The position numbers and the translations under genes were made by a program. Below are positions 12,895 to 24,421 of a stretch of DNA of 64,000 nucleotides, in pieces. The notes beneath the pieces are model-generated. The model was given only the letters and a program-made list of their open reading frames with translations. It was not told the DNA's origin and searched no databases. The stretch is from the NCBI GenBank assembly GCA_038087875.1, contig CM075990.1:7938001-8002000 (forward strand), read 5' to 3'. Positions within the stretch are counted from its first letter, which is position 1, and each line of letters opens with the position of its first letter. The DNA comes from Malacoraja senta (lineage: Eukaryota).

Positions 12895-14099
12895 TAAAGA
12901 TGCACAGTTTAAGATAGAAAAAACCCTGTTTTATTTCATATCCAGCATTTACATTATTTTGCTTTTGTGTAATAAAAACAACCATTGTAAGATGATTGGT
13001 ACATAATTCAGTGCATTGCCTGAAATGGTCTAAAAATGAATAACCAGGAAATCTTAATATCTAGACTGAGCATCCGTCAGTGATAGAAAGACATGGCTAG
13101 GTGCAACCTGCAGACCAGGGGCAGCCTCCTGCTGCCTCAGTCTCTGACACCTTTTTTTCTTGCACTCGATTTTCTTCTGATCTCACCTCTTTTCATAATT
13201 TTACCTTCCTTTATTTCACTAGTCCTTCTGACTTCATCCTAATCCCTAGCAATCCGTTCCCCTTGCATCCCATCTCAATTAATTTTAATCCCAGTATATT
13301 GTGCAGCCTTTCCCTCTTCATCTTCTTCTGTGGTCAAATGCACTGGGCCACATAGTGGACGTGGTCCCACCTTTGCAATTCTGGATCTACCTGCATCCCT
13401 GAGGATTCCTTGGGGGCAGATCCTCAATGAGTTTTGACTTTCATGGGTCTTGGTTTCAATGGGTCTTGGCTTTTATCATCTATGGAAGTGCCTGACCAGC
13501 GATGGCACTGCTCTGTATGAGGCACTTAGACTCCTAGCCGGGTTAGTATTTTAGTCACAGTGGGGCTGTTGCCCAGAGCCACTCATTCCATCGCTGTGTT
13601 ATCAGAATTATGCAGAGATAATTTTCCATGTTAAATGGAGCTGATCTTGCCAGTAAATTGGATTTTTAAAAAATAATTATCTTACAGTATCTGTGCTGTG
13701 AAATGAGCTTTGGTGTGTGGGAGGGGGAGTGGATGGAAAGAGATGTCTGTTAACAGAAGGCCAGTGACTCAGTGGTGTTAGCTCGAGCTCAGGGAACAGC
13801 CTACTGAAGCATAAGCAGCACTGATTCATTCAGTCCCCACGCAGTGGGATGTTCATACCAGCCCAAGGGTGAAAACTGCCTACACACTGTTAAAGGAAAT
13901 AAAATACTTAAGGTCATCAGATAGGTTGCATTCTCTTCCTCCTGGACCTTGGCTTTTGTTCTCTAACTAGCAGTAGATCTCAATTGTCATCTACATTGAG
14001 AAGAACATTTCTCAGATGATTTTTCCCAGCCACGAACACGATACTAGTGGCTGATGGCTTTTGGTTTAATATTTTATAGTGTCATAACTACTTTCCAGG

Positions 14100-14665
14100 C
14101 TCCAGTTCTAACATATGTACCATAGAAAGCATTTTATCAGGATGCATCACAGCTTGGTTTGAAAACAGCACCATCCAAGACAGCAAGAAATTGTAGTGAA
14201 TTGTGGATGCAGCCCAGACCATCACACAAACCAGCCTCCCTTCTGTTGACTCCATTTATATCTCACACTGCCTCGGCTAGGCCAGCAGCATAATAAAGGG
14301 CGAATCGCACCCTGGCCACTCCCTATTCTCCCCTCTCCCATCAGGCAAAAGATATAGAAGTGTGAAAACGCACATCTCCAGATTCAGGGACAGTTTCTTC
14401 CCAGCTGTTATCAGGCAACTGATCCATGCTACCACAACCAGAAAGCAGTGCTGAACTACTATCTACCTCCTTGGTGACCCTCGGACTATCCTTGATCGGA
14501 CTTTGCTGGCTTTATCTTGCACTAATCGTTATTCCCGTATCATGCGTCTATACACAGTAAATGGCTTGATTGTAATCATGTATTGTCTTTCTGCTGACTG
14601 GGTAGCACGCAACAATAACAAAAGCTTTTCACTGTATCTCGGTACACGTGAGAAACTAAACTGTA
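14100..14665 (+). mobile_element. Rex1/Babar-like LINE 3' fragment
   Basis: Decayed peptide CTIESILSGCITAWF...AAQTITQTSLPSVDSIY...HPGHSLFSPLPSGKRYRSVKTHISRFRDSFFPAVIRQL, plus the family 3' tail. Confidence 0.8.
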
Positions 14666-14724
14666 ATACATCTTTCTTGCATGTTTGGAAATTTGAATCA
14701 TGCATCAGACTGCACAGGACTAAA

Positions 14725-15375
14725 GACAGCAGTAAAGAAAGCAAACTCAATGCTAGCATTTATTTCAAGAGGGCTTGTATACAAAAACAGGGATGTAATG
14801 CTGAGGCTCTAAGGTGCTGGTAAGGCCGCATTTGGAATACTGTGGGCAATTTTGGGTACCGTATCTGAGGAAGGATGCGCTGGATCTGGAGAGGGTCCAG
14901 AGAAGGTTTGCAATAGTCCCAGGGATAAGTAGGTTAACCTATGATGAGTTCGGAACTGGGTCTGTACTTGCTGGAGTTTAGAAGGATGAGGGGGGATCTC
15001 ATTGGAACATACCGAATAGTGAAAGGCTTAGATAGAGTGGATGTGGAGAGGATGTTTCCACTAGTGGGAGAATCTAGGACTAGCCTGGGAATTAAAGGAC
15101 GTTCTTTTAGGAAGGAGATAAGGAGAAATGTCTTTTGTCAGAGGGTGGTGAATCTGTGGAATTTATTTGCCACAGAAGGCCGTGGAAGCCAAGTCAGTGG
15201 ATATTTTTAAGGCAGAGATAGATGTATTCTTGATTTGTACAGGTGTCAGAGGTTATGGGAGAAGGCAGGAGAATGGGGTTAGGAAGGAGAGATAGATCAG
15301 CCATGATTGAATGGTGGAGTAGATTTGATGTGCCAAATGGCCTAATTTTTACTCCTATCACTTATGACCTTATGA
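14725..15375 (+). mobile_element. CR1 LINE 3' fragment
   Basis: LGLYLLEFRRMRGDLIGTYRIVKGLDRVDVERMFPLVGESRT...FCQRVVNLWN and the CR1 3' tail. Confidence 0.85.
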
Positions 15376-16134
15376 CTCATTAAAGCTTGGGGCGGTACAA
15401 CGCTGGCAGTATTCTTCCACACCTATCTGTTCAATGAGTATTTGCTGCACTTACTGAAGCTTTATAGTGTGTCTTTTATATCGGATATGATTGAGACACA
15501 AGATTATTGCTTCATTGCTGCTTCAAAACTTTAAAATCTATACTGTGACCCGACAGCGTTGCTTAGTGGTGTATCTGTCTCTCACCTCGAAGCTCCCCTC
15601 CACTGCTGTCTGTGCTGAGTTTGCATGTTCTCTCCATGATTGTCTGGGTTTCCGCTGGGTGCTTCGGTTTCCTTGCACGTCTCCGACACGTGCTGCTTAG
15701 GTTAACAGCATTGTAAATTATCTCTGCTGTCAGAGAATCAGAGGGATGCTAATCAGTTTGTCACAGAGGTTTCAGGCTCAACTGGCCAAATGAAAATATG
15801 AAAGGAATAATAGGTGAAGAAAATGTAATTACATGAGCTGCCTTCTCAAGATAACTTGGTAACAAATGTACCCAGGTCTTATGAGCAAAGTAATAGAAAT
15901 ACATATTGTAGTTTTACTATGAAAGTATTTTACACCACATATTCTGGTACCTTGGCCTTTACTGGTTCACACACTGTTACTGCTGGCAAAAAAAAACAAC
16001 CAAACTGCTAGAAGATCTCAGCAGGTCAGGCAGCATCTTTAGAGGGAAATGGACAGATGAAGTATCAGGTTGTGATTTCAGGTTAGGATCCTTCATACTG
16101 TTTACTCAGAATGTCATGTGTTTGTGTTCTGCAG

Positions 16135-16296
16135 GGTCTAGGCCTGCTGATTAATCTGGTCGAGCACAGTGCTCGCAATAGGCACTGTCTTGTTGACATG
16201 GAAACGCCTTGCTCCTTTGATTCATTCTGTGCTGTGGATGGAAACGATAGCTTGCAGATGGAAGGACAGGTGGGAGCTATCGAGGCCTTGGTGCAG
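16135..16296 (+). CDS. WAPL: WAPL coding exon
   Basis: ctgcag|GGT ... CAG|gtgggt; 162 nt; [54 protein letters not shown]. Confidence 0.96.
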
Positions 16297-17507
16297 GTGG
16301 GTGTCTGTTATATAAAGATTTCTCTAAGTATGCCATTTGATGAAGTACAATGTGACTTTTTCCATATTATGCAAGTGTGGATATGAATAAGCCAGGATCA
16401 CTTATCCTGATCAGGACTTAAGACAATCAATACTGTCCCTGTCAAGTAATTTGTCTTGCCTTTCCTGTACAGGTGAAATGTACCTGCTGGCATGATCTGC
16501 AGCCCTGTACTGCTTTCTCCAACTTATTCCCCACTGACCAAGGGTCTTGGTTACAAGAGGAGAAAAAGGAAAGAGGTTCACCTGGAGTATAAACAACATC
16601 GTTGATCCAAATGATCTAATTTACAAGCTGTATTTTCTATATTATGCTCTTTTGGGTTATGCAAGGTTGGTTTAGTTCATATCTGTACATGACCAGCTTT
16701 CTAGATTTGCTGATTAAAAACGTGAAGGAAGTGTCGACATTTTGTTCACAGAAATCAGTAAGCTTGGATCTGTCAGCCCAGGATCTATGCTCCATATTTG
16801 CAGATTAATAAACCGCATTTCATCTCATCCTGTAGTATAGGGTCTCAATTCTGTTGCTTCTAATTGCTTCTTGTATTGAATCTCTTCAGTTAACCTTATA
16901 GAGATGGTCTGGAGCACAATAGTCAACTTAATGGCAGGAACTATCTGACTATAGTTACTATACACTCGCGTTAGATTTACAACACATCAGATACTTTTCA
17001 AATGCAGTGAGTTTTTTCTCAGCCACTCTTTCAGGCCTGTGGAACTGTTCTGCAAACAGCTTTCCAGTCACCAAAATATCTTTCAGCCTCTGCTTCCTGC
17101 CATCTGATGATGATTGCGTTCAATCCCTTGAATCAGACTGTTTAGCGTAGCCTTGCTAAAATCCATGTTGACTGCTTTGTCCCCTGACTGATTAGCCCCT
17201 CAAAAAATAATTATGTTGACTTTCCAAAATTAAGGAATGGTGAGTATCTTTAGATTTCATTTTAACTTGCTTTTTTAAATTGAATTTCAGCGTTTTGAAA
17301 ACTGATAATTATTTGCTATTCCTTTGTGTCGGAACTCGAGCTGTTACATTGAAGTGCACCAAATTTTCCTAGGTTGTTATCTGCATCTGTGTGATAAGTT
17401 GGCATGTTATACGCTCGTAATGAGCCACTGACTCATCTTTAATCAACTTTTGCTTCATACATTTTGGTTGGTTGACTAAAGTTTGATTAATTATTTTGCT
17501 CTTCCAG

Positions 17508-17715
17508 TTGTTTCTGCAGCGGCAACGAGCTGCCCGACTGGCAGAGACTGAGACTGATGATTTCATCAAAGACACACCAACACCACCTCAGGATCAGAGT
17601 GGCCAGTGGCAGGAGACTGCCGGGTCATTGGAATGGGTGCAATCAGAAAATTGCACCAAGAATGATAATGAAAAGAAGAAGGAGGAGGAGGATGAAGAGA
17701 TCGACTTGAATAAAG
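17508..17715 (+). CDS. WAPL: WAPL coding exon
   Basis: ttccag|TTG ... AAAG|gtatga; 208 nt; LFLQRQRAARLAETETDDFIKD...KKKEEEDEEIDLNK. Confidence 0.96.
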
Positions 17716-18463
17716 GTATGAAAGAGGCATTTCACCAAACAGATGCCTTATCAAAGTGTGACCTCTTCCTCTTCCACAATATTGTTTTTTTTAGAATTGT
17801 TTCATGTTTCAAATACTTGTTTGCTATAACTCATTAATTGGATTAGGGCACGGGTGCGCACATGATATTGTCAAAGCATCTTCACAAAGGTTTATAATTG
17901 TTAGCACATTTTTGCTTGCCGTTTGTTCAGAATTTATTTCAGTGTTACATTTGTGGAAGGAACACGTCAGTCTTTACTAATGGTGGCCATGAATCACCTT
18001 CGCTAACTGGCAGTTATTGTGATGCTGCGCTCCAGTATATTTCTGTGAGGTTAGAAGGCTTTATTAAGTTGTTATACGAGATGCAACACGCAAAACAAAA
18101 ATCAGCAGGTTTTTGGGGGTTCTTTGGGTTGGCTCTAATTTCACAATTTCATCCTGTTTATCCCAGTGATTGTACTCCACTGCATATGGGTTTTGCCATG
18201 TTTGTCTTGCGAATAACACACAGCAACTTTATAAAAAGTTTGCAAACTTCAAAGTGCTACTTTTTCAAGGATGTGCAACTCGCTTGCCCTCTTTTAAATG
18301 GATGTATACGACCTATAAAAGCCCACTGGACCCCTTTCCAGCTGTGGCTGCTTTCCGACCTCTTCCCGCTGCGGTTATTAGAGCCATTTTTTGCTGAGTC
18401 GTCTAATCAGCAGTTGGTTAACAACGCAGTGTGATAGACGTGTAACAGTGAGGTGGAAACTAA

Positions 18464-18927
18464 AGGGCCTGTCCCACTTACGCGACCTTGGCTCGCAAAT
18501 TACGCGACCTCGTGGTCACTTGAGGCGTACGGGCACCGTATGGCCGCGCGGGGCCAGTCCCACTTAGAAGCGCGGAGGGCTATGGAGTTGTACGGGGCTG
18601 GTCCCGACATCGCGCGGGGCTCCGAAATTCTTGCAGTGACCGAAATCTTCGCGCGCCAACGGCCTATCGGCCCAGCGTACGCACGCAGGCGCATTACGGT
18701 CGTACGCAGCGTCTTGACGGCGTTCGCCTAGCGCGTGACGCTGAGTGATGACGTCACCGCCCGACGCCATGCGACGCCCAAATTCAGTCGGCCCGCCTCC
18801 TGCCCAGCTGATTTGTAAGCATGACATAAATGACGTCACGCTTGAACTTAGCGCAAACTTAGCGCGACCTCCGCTTCCGGTTGGTCGCGCCAAACGCACG
18901 CACTCGCATGCAAGTGGGACAAGCCCT
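18464..18927. mobile_element. Harbinger-type MITE (464 bp)
   Basis: TAA|agggcctgtcccactt ... aagtgggacaagccct|TAA; CpG-rich. Confidence 0.88.
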
Positions 18928-19034
18928 TAAGTCCAATTTTTGCCAGTTTAAACTGCATCAAGCAGAAGAGGGTTTGAACGCCACCTTTTTTCATGCTCAT
19001 TCCACGTAAGCCTGACCAGGGGCTCTGCATCTGA

Positions 19035-19290
19035 GGGAACTGCAGATGCTGGTTTAAAGCGAAGATAGACACAAAATGCTGGAGTAACTCAGCAGGACGG
19101 GCAGCATCTCTGTAGAGAAGGAATGGATGACGTTTCGAGTCGAGACCCTTCTTCAGACTGATTGTTTCAGGTCGAGACCCTTCTTCAGACTGATCTGTTT
19201 GAAGAAGGGTCTAGACCCGAAACGTCACCCATCTCCAGAGATGCTGCCTGTCCCGCTGAGTTACTCCAGCATTTTGTGTCTATCTTCGGC
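19035..19290. mobile_element. Penelope-derived fold-back element with three hammerhead-like copies
   Basis: Inverted arms; two tandem minus-strand motifs (~19128-19158, ~19164-19190) and one + strand motif (19199-19229, C3->T). Confidence 0.75.
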
Positions 19291-20714
19291 TCTATCTGAA
19301 GCAGGCTGAGGTAGAGTTGCAGAATGTGGGAAATGTCTTGGGAGTGTAGAACAATGTGAACTATAATGATGAAATCTGGAGTAAAAAAGCAATCTGCTGG
19401 AGGAAGTTAGCAAGTCAGGCAGCATCTGTGGAGATTTGAGGTCAGGACCCTTCTTCAGACTGGATAATAATTTGTTTCTCAGATGCCTCAAACTCAAATT
19501 TGTACATTGCTGTTGAGAATTGAATCTGGCGATTCATGACAGAAACCTACAGCCAGCGGTTTTATTTATTTATGCTGCAGTTGTCAGATCCTCATTAAGT
19601 CCATGTCCAAACTGAATTGCTATGTTTTTTCAAGCATAACCGAAAGAATCCAGTCCTCCTTGATTTCTTCCTCACATCTACCTCCAAATATGAATAACTT
19701 GCACAAACACAGATTCTGACTTTTAACTGAAACTCTCAGTTTAACATTTTATTCTAATGAGATCAGATGCATGAGGCATTTTCTGCTTATTTTTGTTTTT
19801 TGTGATGAACTCTGCTTTCTGCAGTGGTGGCCATTCAGGGCAAGTGTTCATTGAACAAAGGTGCTTCTGTCTGTCGTTAATAGTGTAAATGCCCTTTCTC
19901 TGTTCTCTTGAGCTGTAATTTCTGACCCAGACACAAGATGCCATTCCTCTCTCATAATTTTGAAGTATTTGATAGAATTAAATATTTTCAGTAAAATAAG
20001 ACAAAATATCTGTCAGTCTGCAGGTTTTCAAAGTATTATTTAGCCGATAAGATGTAATGTATTTATCAAAACTGACTAAAGTGCTAGAGAGTGCACTGCT
20101 CAATTTTGACTGGGAGAATCTGACTGAATTAAGAATATTTTTTTTTGTTCTGTATCACGGCGGGGAGTTGGAAAAGAACAACGAGTAATCCTTCATTGTA
20201 CATCAATATAATCGGGGTAACCGGGGAGCTGGCGTAAGAGTTCCTAAACAAAAGACAACCCGAGTCCAGATATTTAATTATGCTTGATGCAGATAATCCT
20301 GACCAGTAACATCAGCATATGATAGGGAGTCTGGTGATATAGAATGGAAAGAGAAGCCCTTTAATCCCATGCCAACTGACCAACATCCATTTCTACACGA
20401 ATCCTATCATAATCCAATGTATCTTCCCGCATTCCCATCAACTCCTTCCCCACCAAGCTCCTTGCACCCCCAACCCCAGGCTGATTAACACACTCGGAGG
20501 ACAAGTTAGTGGCCAATTAACCTACCAGGCCTAGCTCTTTTGAGATGTGGGAGGAAATAGGAGCATCTAGTTTAAAATATCCCTGAAATTGAAATCAGTA
20601 TCCCAAACCTCCTTTCCTTTTCTACCTATCTTTCATACCTGGTCCTGTCCTCAGCCCCACCCCACTCCTCTGTCCCAATGCCCTGTTGCCAGTGATTTGT
20701 GTTTTCTTTTGCAG

Positions 20715-20803
20715 CGTTGCAGCATGCTGGAAAGCACATGGAAGATTGCATTGTAGCCTCGTACACAGCACTGCTTCTGGGCTGCCTATGTCAAGAGAGT
20801 CCG
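20715..20803 (+). CDS. WAPL: WAPL coding exon
   Basis: ttgcag|CG ... CCG|gtgagt; 89 nt; [30 protein letters not shown], a highly conserved WAPL motif. Not in the ORF track. Confidence 0.97.
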
Positions 20804-21489
20804 GTGAGTATCTTAGTCATCAAACGAAAATGTCTTTCTGAAGATTCATTTTAATCAAAGCTGGTATTATGTATGTTTTTTCAATTGCTTCACTTTACCC
20901 TGGCATAACCACTCAGTCAGATTCTCTATCTCTGCATGATCTAAGCAAAGCATATGTGAATCCATTCAATTTATCGGGGGAAGAATTATGTAATTAAACT
21001 TTCAGTCCTAAGAGCACCGTTTCCAAGGTGTTGGCAGTGCTGCAGTTCTCATTCTCTTGTCTCTGCATCGAGTGTCAATGTTTGTTGGAATACTCTTCAC
21101 TTGCCAAGATGACTGCAGCTCACAACACTCAAAGCTCAGCACCCCACAGGGTAAAGCAGCCTGTTTGAATTGCGCCACAACCACCACGATAAACATACAT
21201 CTCCTTCCTTCCCTCCTCCTACCCCCCTACTGTAACTAGTGTTTGGGACATCTGCAAAATTCATTGCAGTAACTGAGCAATGCTATTCTGAAAACGTCAC
21301 TCAAGTCCATTACCTTTGCCACCAGGAAGGACAAGAGTGCATGAGAACACCGCTATTTAACTTTCCCCTCCAATTTGCGCATTCCAGCTTGGAAACACTG
21401 CCATTCCTTCATCCTCACTGAATTCAAAATGTCAAGCACACTAAGCAGCATTTTAATGATGCTCTCAGCAGAAAGTCTTTCAGGAAGTT

Positions 21490-21770
21490 GGTTTAGTTTA
21501 TTATTGCCACGTGCACCAATGTACAGTGAAAAGCTTTTTGTTGCGTGTTATCCAGTCAAGGAAAAGATTATACACAATTATAATCAAGCCATCCACAGTG
21601 TACAGATAAAGAATAAAGGGTGCAATATTTAGTACAAGATAAAGTCTGGTAGTCTGATTAAAGATATTTAAAGGTCTCCAATGAGGTAGATGGGATATCA
21701 GGACCACACTCTGGCTGATGAGAGGACCTTTACCTGATAACAGCTGGGATGAAACTGTCCCCGAGCCTGG
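21490..21770 (-). mobile_element. Rex/Babar-like LINE 3' tail
   Basis: Reverse complement of the tail at 14385-14660 (gggacagtttcatcccagctgttatcagg...gtggcaataataaactaaac). Confidence 0.7.
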
Positions 21771-22153
21771 TTCACCACCAACATCAATTCCAACTATGGG
21801 AAATGTAAGAAGGTCATGTCCTTTATTATGTTTGCAGCATCAGTCACATCCTGAAAAATTAATGCATTAAAATATACTAATTTGCAGGATATTGCAGCTG
21901 ACGTATGCATTTTCCAACAGGGATATGCCCCATACTGGGCTTCCCACATCTCATCCACCCCGAGATGCTAATTCTATTTGTGGATGTTTAGATTGCATGC
22001 TGGCAGTGGGAAGAAGAAGGCTAAAGCTACTATCAATGTTATTGCACGTATATTGAGAATCCTGAATTGACTCATTTATACAGTGATGCCAGCTACACAA
22101 GCCGTATCCAGACTAAACACTTGGGCGCTCTTCTTTCATTCTTATTCCTTTAG

Positions 22154-22249
22154 GTGAATGTTACTACTGTGAGGGAGCTTTTACCCGAAGGAGACTTCTC
22201 CATAATGACTGAGATGTTGCAGAAGTTCTTGAATTTCATGAATCTTACA
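22154..22249 (+). CDS. WAPL: WAPL penultimate coding exon
   Basis: ctttag|GTG ... ACA|gtaagt; 96 nt; [32 protein letters not shown]. Confidence 0.97.
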
Positions 22250-22789
22250 GTAAGTGTGTCAATTGCTCATATAAAGCAAGTAGAAAATCTAATTTCAGGA
22301 CCGGTGAGTAATTACACGTATTACCCCGTGACTCGATGAAATGGAGGGATGGAATCTGTCAGGTAGCAGGTGATCATGTTAGTCAATGAATTGGGATGAG
22401 GTGGCTGGAGTAGAGGTGGGGATAGAGACACCCAGGGAAGGAAAGGCTCATCCGATGATTCCTCAAAAAGTGAGGACATGAGGAGGCTGTGAGGTTCAGT
22501 GGGAGGGGCTCAGTCAGTTACCTGTCACCACAGATTTTTTATCCCTCCCTTAAATGGGGAGTGGTGGAGCCCGTTTCCAATTGAGGGAGTGAAACAAAAT
22601 CCAGTGTCGATGTAGAGAGCAGCAGATAGTCGCTGCAAATGCAGGACTGGGGTGAAGAGAAATAATAATGACCGCAAACATCAGTGCGACAATGCTGTGA
22701 GAGTGGAAGGAGCTGAGTCAGCTTGTTCTGACAACCAGGTAGCTCGATTTCAAGCAGTATTGTAAATCAATGATAGTTCAATGGCTGAG

Positions 22790-23060
22790 TTTCTGGACTG
22801 GCAGTCCTGAGGCCTGGGTAAAAGATCTGCAGAAAATACAGAAAAAAAGATCAAATCCCAGTGTGGCACTTGTGGAATTTAAATGTGGTCAATTCAGCTA
22901 AGTCCAGTGGTGTCCATGAAACAACCAAATCAACATTAAAAACCTGTCTGGTTCATTAAAGCACATTTGGAAACAAAATCTGCTCCCTCATGTCTAACCA
23001 TAAACGTGACTCCAGACTCATGATAAAATGGTTGCCTCTAAACTCTAAACTGAAATGAGC
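22790..23060 (+). mobile_element. SacSINE1/DeuSINE-like SINE in the last WAPL intron
   Basis: tcaaatcccagtgtggca...ccatgaaacaacc...aaaaacctgtctggttcattaa...aaatctgc...gtgactccagac...tggttgcctctaaact follows the recalled shark SacSINE1 layout. Confidence 0.6.
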
Positions 23061-24355
23061 CAACATACCGATCAAGTGGAATTGGTGTTGAATCTTGCCA
23101 ATAGGCTATGGGGCTTCATTTAAAAATGAAATCGAAAAAGTGAGCACATACTATGGCTGGTATCCCATTTGGCCACATTCTGCATGGACGCACAACCATC
23201 CCGGTGAAATTTCAAACAGCAACCAGGTATGGAAAGATCACGGAAGAGCAGTTTCTCTGTAGGTTTGCTTTATGCCAGTATGTGTCGTACACCTCTGACT
23301 GGGTATTTAAAAAGTCAATGTGTTCCAGGGACAGACAGAAGTCTATCATTGGGTGTAATGAAGACGACCAACGCTGACTTCAAAATTCACACGGCTGTGC
23401 TTCGAACTAAATTTACTGCATTCCCAAATTAGCAGGAGCTGTATCTGCAAATGGAAACACCTGTTTAATTCCCCAGCTCTCAAGCAAGGCATGTTTGAGG
23501 GTGGACACAGCATATTGTGTGGGTTAATGCCCTGGCACTCGAGGAAGGAGAATTTGTGGGGTGAGGAGTGTGGAGTCTGCCAGAGAGCGCATCAGTGAAC
23601 ATGGAGAGGTTTTATTTATTTTCTGAGATGTGATGCCTTATTCATGAGTTCTGACTACATGCTTAAATGTCAAGGGTTTTTTTTTTTTAACTAAAATTTG
23701 GCATCTTCAGGGAAACTTTGTTTGAAAATTATTTTACCGAAATATTAAATGGAATCGGCATTTCACTTCTCGCAGAGGAGTTTAATGGTGTAGATTTTGT
23801 GGAAGGATTAATTTCTTTGTGGAAGGATTGTCGGTGTTCAGTTTTCATGTATAATCTGCCATTTTACTGTGAACTGTTTGGACTTGTAGATTGCTTTTAC
23901 CAGCATCCCTGGGACAAGAGTTGAAGTTGCATTGATGTGAAGCTGTATTTAGTGCAGAGAGATAAGGTTATTGACCTTGGACTGAAGACATTACTTGCAC
24001 AACCATGTCCTTGGGTGACTGATAGAGGGCTGGCTGTGGTCCAAATGCTGAAGTACACAAATACTTCCTGAGTGCAGCTTTTCAGCTAATAGCTACGAGC
24101 AACAGTCTACTAATGTATTCCTAAAAAGGATTTATCCACCTGACACCCAGTTTACCTAGCTAATGCCATATGCACACAGATGGTAGATGAGTGTAAAGTT
24201 TGTGAATTCATTTTATTGTTAAAATGACAAGTTTTAAACGTTCCACAAATATTGAGCCATAGAAGTGTTGTATTCTTACGGTGAAAATGCTTTTCCAAAA
24301 TCTGTCCAGTAGTCAGTCATCAGCAGTTGATAACCAATTTCTCTTTTGTCTCCAG

Positions 24356-24421
24356 TGTTCAGTGGGAACGACAGGACAGAAATCCATCTCTCGAGTGATT
24401 GAATACTTGGATCACTGCTAA
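24356..24421 (+). CDS. WAPL: WAPL terminal coding exon with stop codon
   Basis: ctccag|[24 protein letters not shown] then TAA at 24419-24421; matches the WAPL C-terminus. Confidence 0.97.
   Translation, partial: CSVGTTGQKSISRVIEYLDHC

Noticed and set aside
8523..22339. ORF-track versions of WAPL segments (8523-8825, 16111-16386, 17496-17837, 22154-22339) as stand-alone genes
   Set aside because: They are exons read through into introns; homology stops at the splice sites.
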